The notes beneath the pieces are model-generated. The model was not told the origin of the DNA and did not search any database. It saw only the letters and a program-made list of their open reading frames with translations. Made by a program: the position numbers and the translations under genes. A stretch of 64,000 nucleotides of DNA from Mycobacterium sp. (GTDB lineage: Bacteria > Actinomycetota > Actinomycetes > Mycobacteriales > Mycobacteriaceae): assembly GCA_025963385.1 (NCBI GenBank), contig JAOPUT010000283.1, positions 5,865 through 69,864 of the forward strand. The letters are read 5' to 3'. Below are positions 46,473 through 55,662 of this stretch, piece after piece. The stretch's first letter is position 1. Every line of letters begins with the position of its first letter.

Positions 46473-48184
46473 TGCTGACGCGGTTCATCAAGATTCAGCT
46501 GGCCATCTTCACCGTCGTCTCGATCATCGGCGTGGCCGTCATGGCGTTCACCTACATCCAGGCGCCGACCCTGCTCGGGGTCGGCAGGCTGACCGTCACG
46601 CTCAAGCTGCCGAGTTCCGGTGGGCTCTACCGGTTCAGCAACGTGACGTATCGCGGCGTCGAAGTGGGCAAGGTGACCGACGTCAAGCTCACGCCGACGG
46701 GAGCGGAGGCGACGCTGTCGATCGCCACGTCGCCCAAGATTCCCGCCGACCTGCAGGCCAACGTGCAGAGTGTCTCCGCGGTCGGCGAGCAGTACGTCGA
46801 CCTGCAACCGCGGACGGACTCGGGGCCATACCTGCAGGACGATTCGACCATCACGGTCGAGAACGTGACCATTCCGGCTCCGGTCGGCCCGGTCCTGGAC
46901 AAGGTCAGCAATCTGGTCGGTACGTTCCCCAAGGACAGGTTGGCTGCGCTGCTCGACGAGACCTACAAGGGATTCAACGGCGCCGGTGACGACTTCGGGT
47001 CGCTGTTGGACTCGGGTGCGAAGCTCAGCGCCGACCTCAACGGTGTCGCCGATCAGACGCGTACGCTCGCCGCGGACAGCCGGCCGCTTCTCGAAGGACA
47101 GGCGGCGACCGCCGACTCGATCCGGACGTGGGCCCGCAGTCTGGCGGGCTTCACCGGGCAGCTCGCGACGGACGATCCTCAGTTCCGCAAGGTGCTGCAA
47201 GGCTTTCCGAGTTTCGCCGACGAGACCGACGCCCTGCTCAACCAGCTCAAGCCGACGCTGCCGGTGCTTCTGGCGAACCTCGGTACGGTCGGCGAGATCC
47301 TGATGACGTACAACGCCTCGCTCGAACAGCTCCTGGTGCTGCTCCCGCCGTATATCGCCCAGCAGGAGTCATATTCGTCCGGCTCGGATTCGACCGGTGC
47401 CCCGCGAGGTGACTTCGCCGCCACGGTGAGCGACCCGCCCGCGTGCACGGTCGGCTTCCTGCCACCGTCGGCATGGCGGTCGCCCGACGACCTGTCCGAC
47501 ATCGACACCCCGGACGGGATCTACTGCAAACTGCCGCAGGATTCCCCGATCTCGGTGCGTGGCGTGCGCAACTTCCCCTGCATCAGGCATCCCGGGAAGC
47601 GGGCGCCCACGGTGCAGATCTGCAACAGCGACACGCCGTTCGTCCCGCTGGCGATGCGCCAGCACGTCACGGGTCCCGCACCGTTCGATCCCAGCCTGAT
47701 CGCCCAGGGCATTCCGATCGACGACAGCCCTTCGATCAGTGACAACATCTTCGCGCCGGTGGCGGGAACGCCGCTGCCGCCAGGCGCGATTCCGGCGGGC
47801 ACGCCGCCGGGAGCGCCACCGGGTGTTGCGCCGGTGTCGCCGCTCGAGGCGCCCTTCACTCCCGCGGCGGTGCCACCACCTCCGCCGGAGGGCAACTCGC
47901 TCAACGGTCAGCCGATACCGGCAGTCGCCCCACCGCCGGGGCCTGCTCCCGACGCGGCTCCGGCCGGGCCCCTGCCTGGGCCGCCGGCCGATAACGGTGC
48001 CGTCCCCGCGGCGCCGAGTGCCTTCGGCACCACTGCGCCGGGGGCGCAGCCGAAGATCGCGGTCGCCGAGTACAACCCGCGAACGGGTCAGTACGTGGGG
48101 TCGGACGGGAAGCTGTACACGGTGACGAATCTCGCGGTGGGGATTCCGCTTCCGAAGACGTGGAAGGACCTGATGCCGCACTAG
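46472..48184 (+). CDS. mceF: MCE-family protein MceF (Pro-rich tail)
   Basis: GGLYRFSNVTYRG, SAVGEQYVD, YCKLPQDSP and YNPRTGQY. Confidence 0.9.
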   Translation: MLTRFIKIQLAIFTVVSIIGVAVMAFTYIQAPTLLGVGRLTVTLKLPSSGGLYRFSNVTYRGVEVGKVTDVKLTPTGAEATLSIATSPKIPADLQANVQSVSAVGEQYVDLQPRTDSGPYLQDDSTITVENVTIPAPVGPVLDKVSNLVGTFPKDRLAALLDETYKGFNGAGDDFGSLLDSGAKLSADLNGVADQTRTLAADSRPLLEGQAATADSIRTWARSLAGFTGQLATDDPQFRKVLQGFPSFADETDALLNQLKPTLPVLLANLGTVGEILMTYNASLEQLLVLLPPYIAQQESYSSGSDSTGAPRGDFAATVSDPPACTVGFLPPSAWRSPDDLSDIDTPDGIYCKLPQDSPISVRGVRNFPCIRHPGKRAPTVQICNSDTPFVPLAMRQHVTGPAPFDPSLIAQGIPIDDSPSISDNIFAPVAGTPLPPGAIPAGTPPGAPPGVAPVSPLEAPFTPAAVPPPPPEGNSLNGQPIPAVAPPPGPAPDAAPAGPLPGPPADNGAVPAAPSAFGTTAPGAQPKIAVAEYNPRTGQYVGSDGKLYTVTNLAVGIPLPKTWKDLMPH

Positions 48185-48195
48185 GGTGCGGCATC
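48172..48195. terminator. Hairpin over the mceF stop, probable bidirectional terminator
   Basis: GATGCCGCAC-TAGG-GTGCGGCATC, perfect 10-bp stem between convergent genes. Confidence 0.55.
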
Positions 48196-48208
48196 GGGTG
48201 GGTACTAA

Positions 48209-48733
48209 TCAGTCGAGCTTGGTGATCTTCACCGGCAGGTTGAGCACGAGCGAACGGTTGCGGCCGCAGTTGCCGCTCACCCCGGTGGTCTCGTCCTCGC
48301 CGAGCCAGTTGGGGGACTTCACGTCAGCCATGCCGTCATCGGTGGCGCGGTAGATCTTGTACACCTGAAGACCGGGGGCGGTGGAGCCGTCTGGGCACGG
48401 GATCCAGTCGGGCACATAGTGTTTGACGTACCACTCACTGCCCATCGTGGTGTAGATGTCCTCGGTCCACCCCAGCGTGCTGGTGACCTTGCCCGCGCAG
48501 GTGATGGCCGTCGAGCACGTGCTGGTGACCGTCCAGGTGCTGCGCACCGTGGGCTCGTCCTGGTAGCGGTCGTTCATCCTGGCCCATTCGCCATTGGACA
48601 CGACGGAGAACGTGCCGTTCATGGCGTATTGCTCGTATTCGGCACCGGCCCGGGGCGAGATCGCGAGCGCGGTCATCGCCGTCATCGCCGTGGCAATGCA
48701 TGCGGCACCCCGCGTCACCTTCGTCGCGACCAT
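48209..48733 (-). CDS. Secreted protein, Rv2253-like
   Basis: Signal peptide ending AGA; NGTF..SNGEWA..RSTWTVTSTC..C..GW..W.PCPDG..SGNCGRN pattern. Confidence 0.72.
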   Translation of the reverse strand: MVATKVTRGAACIATAMTAMTALAISPRAGAEYEQYAMNGTFSVVSNGEWARMNDRYQDEPTVRSTWTVTSTCSTAITCAGKVTSTLGWTEDIYTTMGSEWYVKHYVPDWIPCPDGSTAPGLQVYKIYRATDDGMADVKSPNWLGEDETTGVSGNCGRNRSLVLNLPVKITKLD

Positions 48734-48790
48734 GAACCGCCCCTCGTTGCGTCCTGCAAGCATGATCGCCGCCGTACCGCGTCGGCGCAC

Positions 48791-48926
48791 GGCAATGCCA
48801 TTCTTTATCTGGAGAATATCACTCTTCGTGCAGACTGCGGATGGGTTCGGACGGGCAGCCGCGGCCGCCCGGATCGCGCCACGAGCTGCACCGGAGATCT
48901 TCTCCGAAAGAGAGAATTTCACTCTC
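48791..48926. promoter_or_regulatory. Two tandem GAGAAT-N3-ATTCTC-type operator pairs in a divergent gap
   Basis: GGCAAT-GCC-ATTCTT (48791) with GAGAAT-ATC-ACTCTT (48812); ACCGGA-GAT-CTTCTC (48890) with GAGAAT-TTC-ACTCTC (48912). Confidence 0.62.
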
Positions 48927-48947
48927 ATCTGTGCGACAGTGGCTAAC

Positions 48948-49352
48948 GTGCGAACCGTCGTAGCCGCCGCGGCTACCCTCGTCGCCGTCGGACTACTGAC
49001 GGCGTCCCCGGCGACGGCCGATCCTGCCGATCCGGCCCCTTCCGACGACCCGACCTCGTGCAACGAGCCCGCTTGCGCGCCGGGTATCCAGCCGGGTGCC
49101 GTGCTCGGGGCTCCGTGCGACAACACCACCTACTACGTGTTCGGCGTGACGGACTGGGGCAGGTTGCTGTTCTGTGGATCACCGCGTCGGTATGCGCCCC
49201 GCTGGTTCCGCACCACCAACATGCTCGGAGTCAAGTTCGAGGGCAGCAGCTGCTCCGGTCGCGACGGCTCCATGGCGCAGGCTCCGGACGGTCTGTTCCT
49301 GTCGTGCGACGCCCGCAACGGTGCCAGTGTGTGGACGCGCGGCGACATCTGA
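48948..49352 (+). CDS. Small secreted Cys-rich hypothetical protein
   Basis: Signal peptide ending ATA-DP; six Cys in the mature part. Confidence 0.72.
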   Translation: MRTVVAAAATLVAVGLLTASPATADPADPAPSDDPTSCNEPACAPGIQPGAVLGAPCDNTTYYVFGVTDWGRLLFCGSPRRYAPRWFRTTNMLGVKFEGSSCSGRDGSMAQAPDGLFLSCDARNGASVWTRGDI

Positions 49353-49374
49353 GTTCGGAGCAGCCCCGACCGGC

Positions 49375-49860
49375 TCACATGCGTTGCAGCGAAAAGGTAT
49401 AGGTGCTGGTGCCGCCCGGCGCGCCATAGCACCCCGCGTCGTACGTGGAGTCGATGGTGCCCGCCAGGGTCGCCGCATCCCAGGAGTAGACGTCGTGCGA
49501 GGGCAGGTTGTAGCCGATGCAGCGCACACCGTCGTCCACGTCGACGGTGAGGGTGTAGCGGCCGTCGGCGTAGAACGCGGTGTTCTGGAATCGGTGACTC
49601 TTCAGCGGTCGCGGGATGGCGATGACATTGAGATTGTCGGTGTGCGGAGCGATCACCGGATCGTCGAAGTACGTGCCGCAACCGGGATCGTCGCCGTTGC
49701 AGGAGTGCGTGACCGACCACACCCACGAGTGATCGTTCCAGCGGTCGTTGAGCACCTCGTAGTTGCCGATCCGCATCTGTGCTGCCGCATGGGCCGCAGG
49801 GGCGGACACCGCGGCGAGCGCCACCAGTGCGGCACCCAGCGCCGGCGCCGCTGACCTCAT
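49375..49860 (-). CDS. Small secreted Cys-containing hypothetical protein
   Basis: Signal peptide ending AHA; four Cys; YSWDAATLAGT beta-rich pattern. Confidence 0.72.
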   Translation of the reverse strand: MRSAAPALGAALVALAAVSAPAAHAAAQMRIGNYEVLNDRWNDHSWVWSVTHSCNGDDPGCGTYFDDPVIAPHTDNLNVIAIPRPLKSHRFQNTAFYADGRYTLTVDVDDGVRCIGYNLPSHDVYSWDAATLAGTIDSTYDAGCYGAPGGTSTYTFSLQRM

Positions 49861-49971
49861 TGTGGTGGCCACGGCCAACTCCCGTCGTTGCGAATGTGCT
49901 TCGCCTGCAGCCTATCGGGCACCGTTGCCTCGTAAGGCGTTTTCCAGGAACGGATTCCGGCCTCAAGTGGC

Positions 49972-51252
49972 CTATGTGACGGGCGAGAACTCGATGTTGA
50001 TCTCGGTGAGTCCCCGCAGGATGAAGGTGGGCTCGTAGTTGTAGCTCCGAGCGCCCGCGGGTCCGTGCTTCTCCTCGTCGATGGTGATGTCGGCCATCCG
50101 GTCGAGGATGCGTTCCATCGACACCCGACCCTCGACCCGGGCCAGCGGGCCACCCGGGCAGGAGTGCACGCCGCGGCCGAAGGCGATGTGCTCGCGGACG
50201 TTCTTGCGGTCCAGGCTGAACTCGTGTGGGTTCTCGAACCGCACGGGGTCCCGGTTCACGGCGCCGGGGCACACCATCAAAATCGTTCCCGCGGGTACCT
50301 CGGTGTCGCCAACCTCGGTGTGCTTCTTGGCAAGTCGGAACTGACTCTTCACCGGCGCATCCATCCGGAGGGCCTCTTCGACGAAGATCGGAATGCGGCT
50401 GCGGTCCTTGCGCAGGGCCTCCTGGATGTCGGGCCGGTCGCCGAGGACCTTGATCGACGCGGACAACAGCTTCGTGGTGGTCTCCTGGCCCGCGGCGAAC
50501 AGGAACGTCGCGGAGCGGACGACGTCGATGACCTCGGGCGTGGAGCCGTCGGGGTACTTCGCCGTGGCCAGCGCGGTGAGCACGTCGTCCTTGGGTGTCT
50601 TGCGTCGCTCCTCGAGATAGGAGATGAACTTCTCGTCGAGCCACTCGAGCGGGTTCAGCGCGACGATCTCGCCGTCGAGCGAGCCGACCTGGGAGCCGGG
50701 GCGCGGAGCGCCGAGGACTGCGCGGAACTCGTCGTGGTCTTCGTGGGGAACCCCGAGCAGATCGGCGATCACCAACAGCGAGAAGGGTTTTGCGTACGCG
50801 GACAGGAACTCGCACTTGCCGTCGGCGATGAAGTCGTCGAGGCACTCGTCGGCCAGTCGCCACATGAAGTCCTCGTTCTCCTTGAGCCGACTCGGGGTGA
50901 GGAGGCGGTTGAGCAGGGAGCGGGCGTTGGTGTGGTCGGGCGGATCCATGGTGACCATGTGCTCGAACAGCGGCAACTGGCTGCGGTGCGTCGAGATGAG
51001 GTCGGAGATGTCGTCACCCTCGGGGGTGAATGGCAGAGGCGGGAACGGGCCGCCGACCGCAATGCACGACGAGAACGTGTCGGTGTCCTTGAGGACGGTG
51101 TTCGCCTCGTCGTAGCCGGTGATCGCCAGCACGCCGTAGTTCGGCTCACGCACCACCGGGCACTTGCTGCGCAGGTGATCGAAGTAGGGGTGCGGGTCGG
51201 GCACCAGGGACTGATCGGTGAAGTAGTCGACGGTGTCGAAGTCAGCGGTCAT
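49972..51252 (-). CDS. Cytochrome P450 (tentatively CYP150-like; paralog of 13334..14608)
   Basis: AGQETT, EEALR and FGRGVHSCPG; shares GPFP..P and RLKENED with the 13334 P450. Confidence 0.93.
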   Translation of the reverse strand: MTADFDTVDYFTDQSLVPDPHPYFDHLRSKCPVVREPNYGVLAITGYDEANTVLKDTDTFSSCIAVGGPFPPLPFTPEGDDISDLISTHRSQLPLFEHMVTMDPPDHTNARSLLNRLLTPSRLKENEDFMWRLADECLDDFIADGKCEFLSAYAKPFSLLVIADLLGVPHEDHDEFRAVLGAPRPGSQVGSLDGEIVALNPLEWLDEKFISYLEERRKTPKDDVLTALATAKYPDGSTPEVIDVVRSATFLFAAGQETTTKLLSASIKVLGDRPDIQEALRKDRSRIPIFVEEALRMDAPVKSQFRLAKKHTEVGDTEVPAGTILMVCPGAVNRDPVRFENPHEFSLDRKNVREHIAFGRGVHSCPGGPLARVEGRVSMERILDRMADITIDEEKHGPAGARSYNYEPTFILRGLTEINIEFSPVT

Positions 51253-51337
51253 CTCGTGGGTTCCTTCCGATGCCGTGAGGCGGGAAACGGGGAGGGTGCG
51301 ACTGTCCGACGCGACGGCGCAATCCATGGGCTGAAAG

Positions 51338-51357
51338 TGCTGAGCACATGCTTAGCA
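51338..51357. promoter_or_regulatory. Operator-like palindrome between divergent P450 and TetR
   Basis: TGCTGAGCA-CA-TGCTTAGCA. Confidence 0.65.
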
Positions 51358-51444
51358 TCGCGTAAGGTCATGGTCAAGGTCACACGGCCGACCTGCGTCT
51401 ACGATTTGTTGGCGAATCGACCCGACGGCGAAGGAAGTGTGGGC

Positions 51445-52059
51445 ATGGCATCGGACCGGAGGATCGGGGGGCCGGAGTCCAAGAACCGCGGCGTGCTGCT
51501 CGACGCCGCCGAACAGTTGATGCTGGAGGACGGCTACGCCGCGGTGACGTCGCGCCGCGTGGCCGAGCGGGCTGCGCTGAAACCCCAGCTGGTGCACTAC
51601 TACTTCCGCACGATGGACGAGATGTTCATCGAGGTGTTCCGCCGCAGGGCCAAGCAGGGCCTCGAAGCACTGGCCGAGGCCCTTCAGTCGGACCAGCCGC
51701 TGTGGGCGTTGTGGGAGTTCGGCACCGATCCCCAGACGACGCAGCTGACCATGGAGTTCATGGGTCTTGCCAACCATCGCAAGGCTCTTCGGACCGAGAT
51801 CGCGTTCTACGCCGAGCGATTCCGCGAGCAGCAGGTCGAGGCGATGACGGCGGCGCTCAAGCGATACGGCTACGACGTCGGCGACGTGCCTCCGGTGGTG
51901 TGGGCGCTGTTCGCGACAAGTGTCTCCCAGGTGCTGGTGCTGGAGCAGGCGCTCGGCATGTCGAACGGTCATGCCGAGATGCTGGCGTTCTGCGAGGAAT
52001 GGCTGCGCCGCTTCGAAGGAGACCGGCGTCCAGCGGAGAGCGCCACGGCGTCGGCCTGA
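51445..52059 (+). CDS. TetR/AcrR family transcriptional regulator
   Basis: LLDAAEQLMLEDGYAAVTSRRVAERAALKPQLVHYYF. Confidence 0.9.
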   Translation: MASDRRIGGPESKNRGVLLDAAEQLMLEDGYAAVTSRRVAERAALKPQLVHYYFRTMDEMFIEVFRRRAKQGLEALAEALQSDQPLWALWEFGTDPQTTQLTMEFMGLANHRKALRTEIAFYAERFREQQVEAMTAALKRYGYDVGDVPPVVWALFATSVSQVLVLEQALGMSNGHAEMLAFCEEWLRRFEGDRRPAESATASA

Positions 52060-52076
52060 TTCACGGGTCTCGCGAC

Positions 52077-52535
52077 TCACCAGTTGCGCAACGAGCAGAG
52101 CGCCCCCTTGGGCCCCTGATTGGTGGCCACGACGTTGCCGTCGACGGCGAGCACGCAGTGGAAGTTGGGCCGCTTGGGCGAGTCCAGGCTGCTGACCGTC
52201 ACCATCGCCCACTGGTCCGGATTGGCCAGCATGACGTTCATCGTCCACATTTGGTTGGGTCCGGTGTCGGCTTCGACGTTGGGGCTGAACTGGTACGGGT
52301 TGTGGCTGTAATCGGCCCAGTTCGCCGGATCGACGTCGCGGTAGTAGATCTCGGCGTTCCGGAAGGGCGTCTCGGAGAAGACGGTGTACTGCACGGAGTG
52401 CAGCGGAGGCCCGGGCACCGGGTCGTCGTCCGCGGCCGCCACGCCCGTGCCGAGTACCAGACCTACCACCGCCAGCAGCGGACCAAGGCCGACGGACGAG
52501 CGTCGGAGTAGCGTCCGAGATGCTGGAAAGGTCAT
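52077..52535 (-). CDS. Small secreted hypothetical protein
   Basis: Signal peptide ending AAA-DD; C-terminal HC..AVDG.VV....GALC (MmpS-like Ig end). Confidence 0.72.
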   Translation of the reverse strand: MTFPASRTLLRRSSVGLGPLLAVVGLVLGTGVAAADDDPVPGPPLHSVQYTVFSETPFRNAEIYYRDVDPANWADYSHNPYQFSPNVEADTGPNQMWTMNVMLANPDQWAMVTVSSLDSPKRPNFHCVLAVDGNVVATNQGPKGALCSLRNW

Positions 52536-52560
52536 TTCCAGATTTTAGAACGTGATTACC
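52525..52560. promoter_or_regulatory. Tandem GAGAAT-N3-ATTCTC-type operator
   Basis: GGAAAG-GTC-ATTTCC (52525, over the start codon) and TAGAAC-GTG-ATTACC (52546). Confidence 0.5.
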
Positions 52561-52622
52561 CCACGATGGCCAGAATGGCGCACAAACCGGGGCCCAGATG
52601 ATGAAGGTGGAGTCGGATGCCC

Positions 52623-52730
52623 ATGAAACTCGCCATCGGCTTGTCACCACTGGATGACGGCAAGGCGACCCCGCTCCGCAAGGCCGCGAGATCCTTCGCG
52701 GGCGCCTCCGCCACGGCAGGCATGTCGTGA
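52623..52730 (+). pseudogene. 35-aa ORF, possibly an internally deleted gene remnant
   Basis: GGAG RBS, MKLAIGLSPLDDGKATPLRKAARSFAGASATAGMS*, GTGA coupling to the VOC gene. Confidence 0.35.
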
Positions 52731-53257
52731 CCGCATCACTGCCAGGCCCGATTCGCCAGATCGGTTACGTGGTGCGAGATCTCGATTCCGCCCTGGCTGG
52801 ATGGGTGGCGATGGGGATCGGACCGTGGTTCGTCGTCCGCGAGCACACGCAGCAGGTGGTCTATCGCGGCGAACCGTGCGAGGTGACCATCTCGATCGCG
52901 CTCGCCAACTCCGGTGAGCTGCAGGTCGAGTTGATCCACCAGCATGGCGACACCCCGTCGATCTTCACCGAGTTCCTCGCGGGCGGTCGGGAGGGCTTCC
53001 ACCAATTGGCATGGTGGGTGGACGATCTCGACTCCGCAGTGGCTGCCGCCGAGGCGGAGGGCTGGCCCGTGGTGTGGCGCAACGTCGAATCCCACGGCGC
53101 GCCGTCGACCCGCTTCGCCTACGTCGAGCCGCCGGGCGCCCCCGCCACGGTCTTCGAGATCATGGAACTCGACGAGATCACCAGCGGCATGGGCGCCTTC
53201 GTGCGCGACGCGGCGAGCGACTGGGACGGACGCGACCCCGTCAGGGTCGTCGGCTAG
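52727..53257 (+). CDS. VOC / glyoxalase family protein (methylmalonyl-CoA epimerase-like)
   Basis: IRQIGYVV, QVELI, GFHQLAW and FEIME motifs. Confidence 0.85.
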   Translation: MTASLPGPIRQIGYVVRDLDSALAGWVAMGIGPWFVVREHTQQVVYRGEPCEVTISIALANSGELQVELIHQHGDTPSIFTEFLAGGREGFHQLAWWVDDLDSAVAAAEAEGWPVVWRNVESHGAPSTRFAYVEPPGAPATVFEIMELDEITSGMGAFVRDAASDWDGRDPVRVVG

Positions 53258-53979
53258 TCGGTCCGCCTGGCGCGGTTCATCACCCTGTCGGCCGCGGCCC
53301 AGTGCTCGTCGGACACCCAGAGCTTGGCGAACGCGCCGATCGCCTCCTCCGGCGAGCTTCCCGCGATCACGCCCTTGATGGCGGCGGCCGGCGCGGCGGC
53401 GAGCGCGCGGGCAACGGTGCGCCACTCGTCCTCGAACGAGGCGCGCGGCACGACCACGTCGACCAGGCCGACCCGCTGGGCCTCGGCCGCATCCAGGATC
53501 GAGCCGGTGCCTGCCAGGAGCAGCGCCCTGCCCTTGCCGACCAGTTCAGCGAGCCGCTCGGCGCCTCCCCAGGCCGGCATGATCGCCAACGTCACCTGGT
53601 TGAACCCGATCTTGACGTCGTCGGCGGCCAACCTGATGTCGGCGGCCACGGCCACCTCGGCACCGCCGCCGAGCGCGTGGCCGTTGAGTGCCGCGAGCAC
53701 CGGGCCCGGGAAGCCTGCGATCCTGTCGCAAACCCCGCGCATGCGGCGGGCCATCGCCGCCGCGTCGGCCTCGGTCCGTAGCGCGCTGAGCTCCTTGAGG
53801 TCTCCGCCCGAGACGAAGGCCTTGTCACCCGCGCCCTTGATCACGAGGGCGCGCGCGCCCCTTGCCCCGTCGAGAGCCTCATCGAGCTGATCCATCGTCT
53901 CGAGTGAGATCGCGTTGCGAGCATGCGGACGGTCGATCGTGACGACGGCCAAACCGTCCTCGATGTCCAGGTCGACCAT
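53254..53979 (-). CDS. Enoyl-CoA hydratase/isomerase
   Basis: IDRPHARNAI, FVSGGDL and ALGGGAE motifs. Confidence 0.88.
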   Translation of the reverse strand: MVDLDIEDGLAVVTIDRPHARNAISLETMDQLDEALDGARGARALVIKGAGDKAFVSGGDLKELSALRTEADAAAMARRMRGVCDRIAGFPGPVLAALNGHALGGGAEVAVAADIRLAADDVKIGFNQVTLAIMPAWGGAERLAELVGKGRALLLAGTGSILDAAEAQRVGLVDVVVPRASFEDEWRTVARALAAAPAAAIKGVIAGSSPEEAIGAFAKLWVSDEHWAAADRVMNRARRTD

Positions 53980-53986
53980 GTGTCGT

Positions 53987-54045
53987 TGTCCCGCCGTTCT
54001 CGTTTAGTGATATTGGCATTCTCGTTTCGGGAGAATAACATCGCC
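53987..54045. promoter_or_regulatory. Triple GAGAAT-N3-ATTCTC-type operator (22-bp period)
   Basis: TGTCCC-GCC-GTTCTC (53987), GATATT-GGC-ATTCTC (54009) and GAGAAT-AAC-ATCGCC (54031). Confidence 0.6.
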
Positions 54046-54047
54046 GT

Positions 54048-55616
54048 GTGGTCGCCAAACCCTCGCGAATCATCCCCGCCGAACTGGTCAAACACTACGA
54101 GGAACAGGGTTGGTGGACGTCGGAGACCCTGGGCGCGATGCTGGCCGAAGGGCTCGAGGCCCACCCGGACGCCGGCTTCTGCGTGCATTCCGAGTTGCGT
54201 CCATGGTCCGGCTCGTTCGTCGACGTCGAGGCCGTAGCGCGCCGACTCGCCGCCGGTCTGCACCGGCGGGGCGTCGGTCCCGGCGACGTCGTGGCGCTGC
54301 AGTTGCCCAACTGGATGGAGGCCGCCGCCGCGTTCTGGGCCTCGGCGTTCCTCGGTGCCGTGGTGGTGCCGATCGTGCACTTCTACGGTCGCAAGGAGGT
54401 CTCGCACATCCTTGCGACCGCCAAGCCGAAGGCGTTCATCACGACCAGGCAGTTCGGCCGGATGACCTTCGAACCGGACCTGTCCGCGGACGTGCCGATC
54501 GTCGCTCTGGTGGGGGAGTCCTCCTTCGAGGACCTTCTCGACGACGTGCCGATGACGGGCACGGTCGAGACCGACCCCGGTGCCCCTGCGTTGATCGCGT
54601 TCACCTCCGGCACCACGCGCGACCCGAAGGGGGTCGTGCACAGCCACCAGACCCTCGCCTTCGAGACGCGCCAGCTGTTGGCGAACTACCCGGACGATCG
54701 CGGCAGGCAGCTGACCGCCACGCCCGTCGGCCACTTCATCGGGATGGTCGGCGCGTTCCTGATCCCGGTCATCGAAGGTGCCCCCATCGACCTGGCCGAC
54801 GTCTTCGATCCCGCCGCGGTGCTGGCGCTGATGAAGTCGGACGGAATCACCATCGGCGGTGGTCCGCCCTATTTCGTCACCAGTCTGCTCGACCATCCCG
54901 ACTGCACCGACGAGCACCGCAGCCACATCAAGACCGTGGGTCTCGGCGGTTCCACCGTGCCGGTCGCGGTGACCAGACGCCTTGCCGACATGGGCGTCTT
55001 CGTGTTCCGGTCCTACGGCAGCACCGAACACCCCTCGATCACGGGCTCGGGCCGCGACGCACCGGAGGACAAGCGGCTCTGTACCGACGGCAACGCGCGC
55101 CCCGGCGTCGAGCTGATGCTGTCCGAGGACGGGGAGATCCTCAGCCGCGGGCCCGACCTGTGCCTCGGCTACACCGACCCGGAGTTGACCGCGAGGGCGT
55201 TCGACGCGGACGGCTGGTACCACACCGGTGACGTCGGCGTCTTGGACGCCGACGGCTATCTGACGATCACCGACCGCAAGGCCGACGTGATCATCCGCGG
55301 CGGCGAGAACATCAGCGCCGTCGAGGTCGAGGAGGTGCTGCTCGCCATGCCGCAGGTGGCCGAAGCCGTCGTGGTGGCCGCGCTCGACGATCGTCTCGGC
55401 GAGCGGACGGCCGCCGTACTGCGCACCAGGACCGGGTACGCCATGCCGACGCTCGACGAGGTCCGTGCGCACTTCGAACGCTCGGGGGTGGCACGGCAGA
55501 AGTGGCCCGAGGAACTGCACGAGGTACCGGCGGGTGAGGACTTTCCGCGCACGGCCAGCGGCAAGGTGCAGAAGTTCGTCGTGCGGCAACGGCTGCGCGA
55601 ACCCGTTGCGATGTGA
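54048..55616 (+). CDS. Acyl-CoA synthetase (cyclohexanecarboxylate-CoA ligase-like)
   Basis: FTSGTTRDPKG, YGSTE, YHTGD and SGKVQK motifs. Confidence 0.9.
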   Translation: MVAKPSRIIPAELVKHYEEQGWWTSETLGAMLAEGLEAHPDAGFCVHSELRPWSGSFVDVEAVARRLAAGLHRRGVGPGDVVALQLPNWMEAAAAFWASAFLGAVVVPIVHFYGRKEVSHILATAKPKAFITTRQFGRMTFEPDLSADVPIVALVGESSFEDLLDDVPMTGTVETDPGAPALIAFTSGTTRDPKGVVHSHQTLAFETRQLLANYPDDRGRQLTATPVGHFIGMVGAFLIPVIEGAPIDLADVFDPAAVLALMKSDGITIGGGPPYFVTSLLDHPDCTDEHRSHIKTVGLGGSTVPVAVTRRLADMGVFVFRSYGSTEHPSITGSGRDAPEDKRLCTDGNARPGVELMLSEDGEILSRGPDLCLGYTDPELTARAFDADGWYHTGDVGVLDADGYLTITDRKADVIIRGGENISAVEVEEVLLAMPQVAEAVVVAALDDRLGERTAAVLRTRTGYAMPTLDEVRAHFERSGVARQKWPEELHEVPAGEDFPRTASGKVQKFVVRQRLREPVAM

Positions 55617-55624
55617 CGGCATAT

Positions 55625-55639
55625 GAGAATAGGATTCTC
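55625..55639. promoter_or_regulatory. Perfect GAGAAT-N3-ATTCTC operator
   Basis: GAGAAT-AGG-ATTCTC upstream of the amidohydrolase. Confidence 0.7.
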
Positions 55640-55662
55640 TCAATAGGAAAAGGAGTATTCCA

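Noticed and set aside
44700-48060. Pro-rich low-complexity stretches as PE/PPE genes or repeat elements
   Set aside because: They are the normal C-terminal tails of MceD, MceE and MceF.
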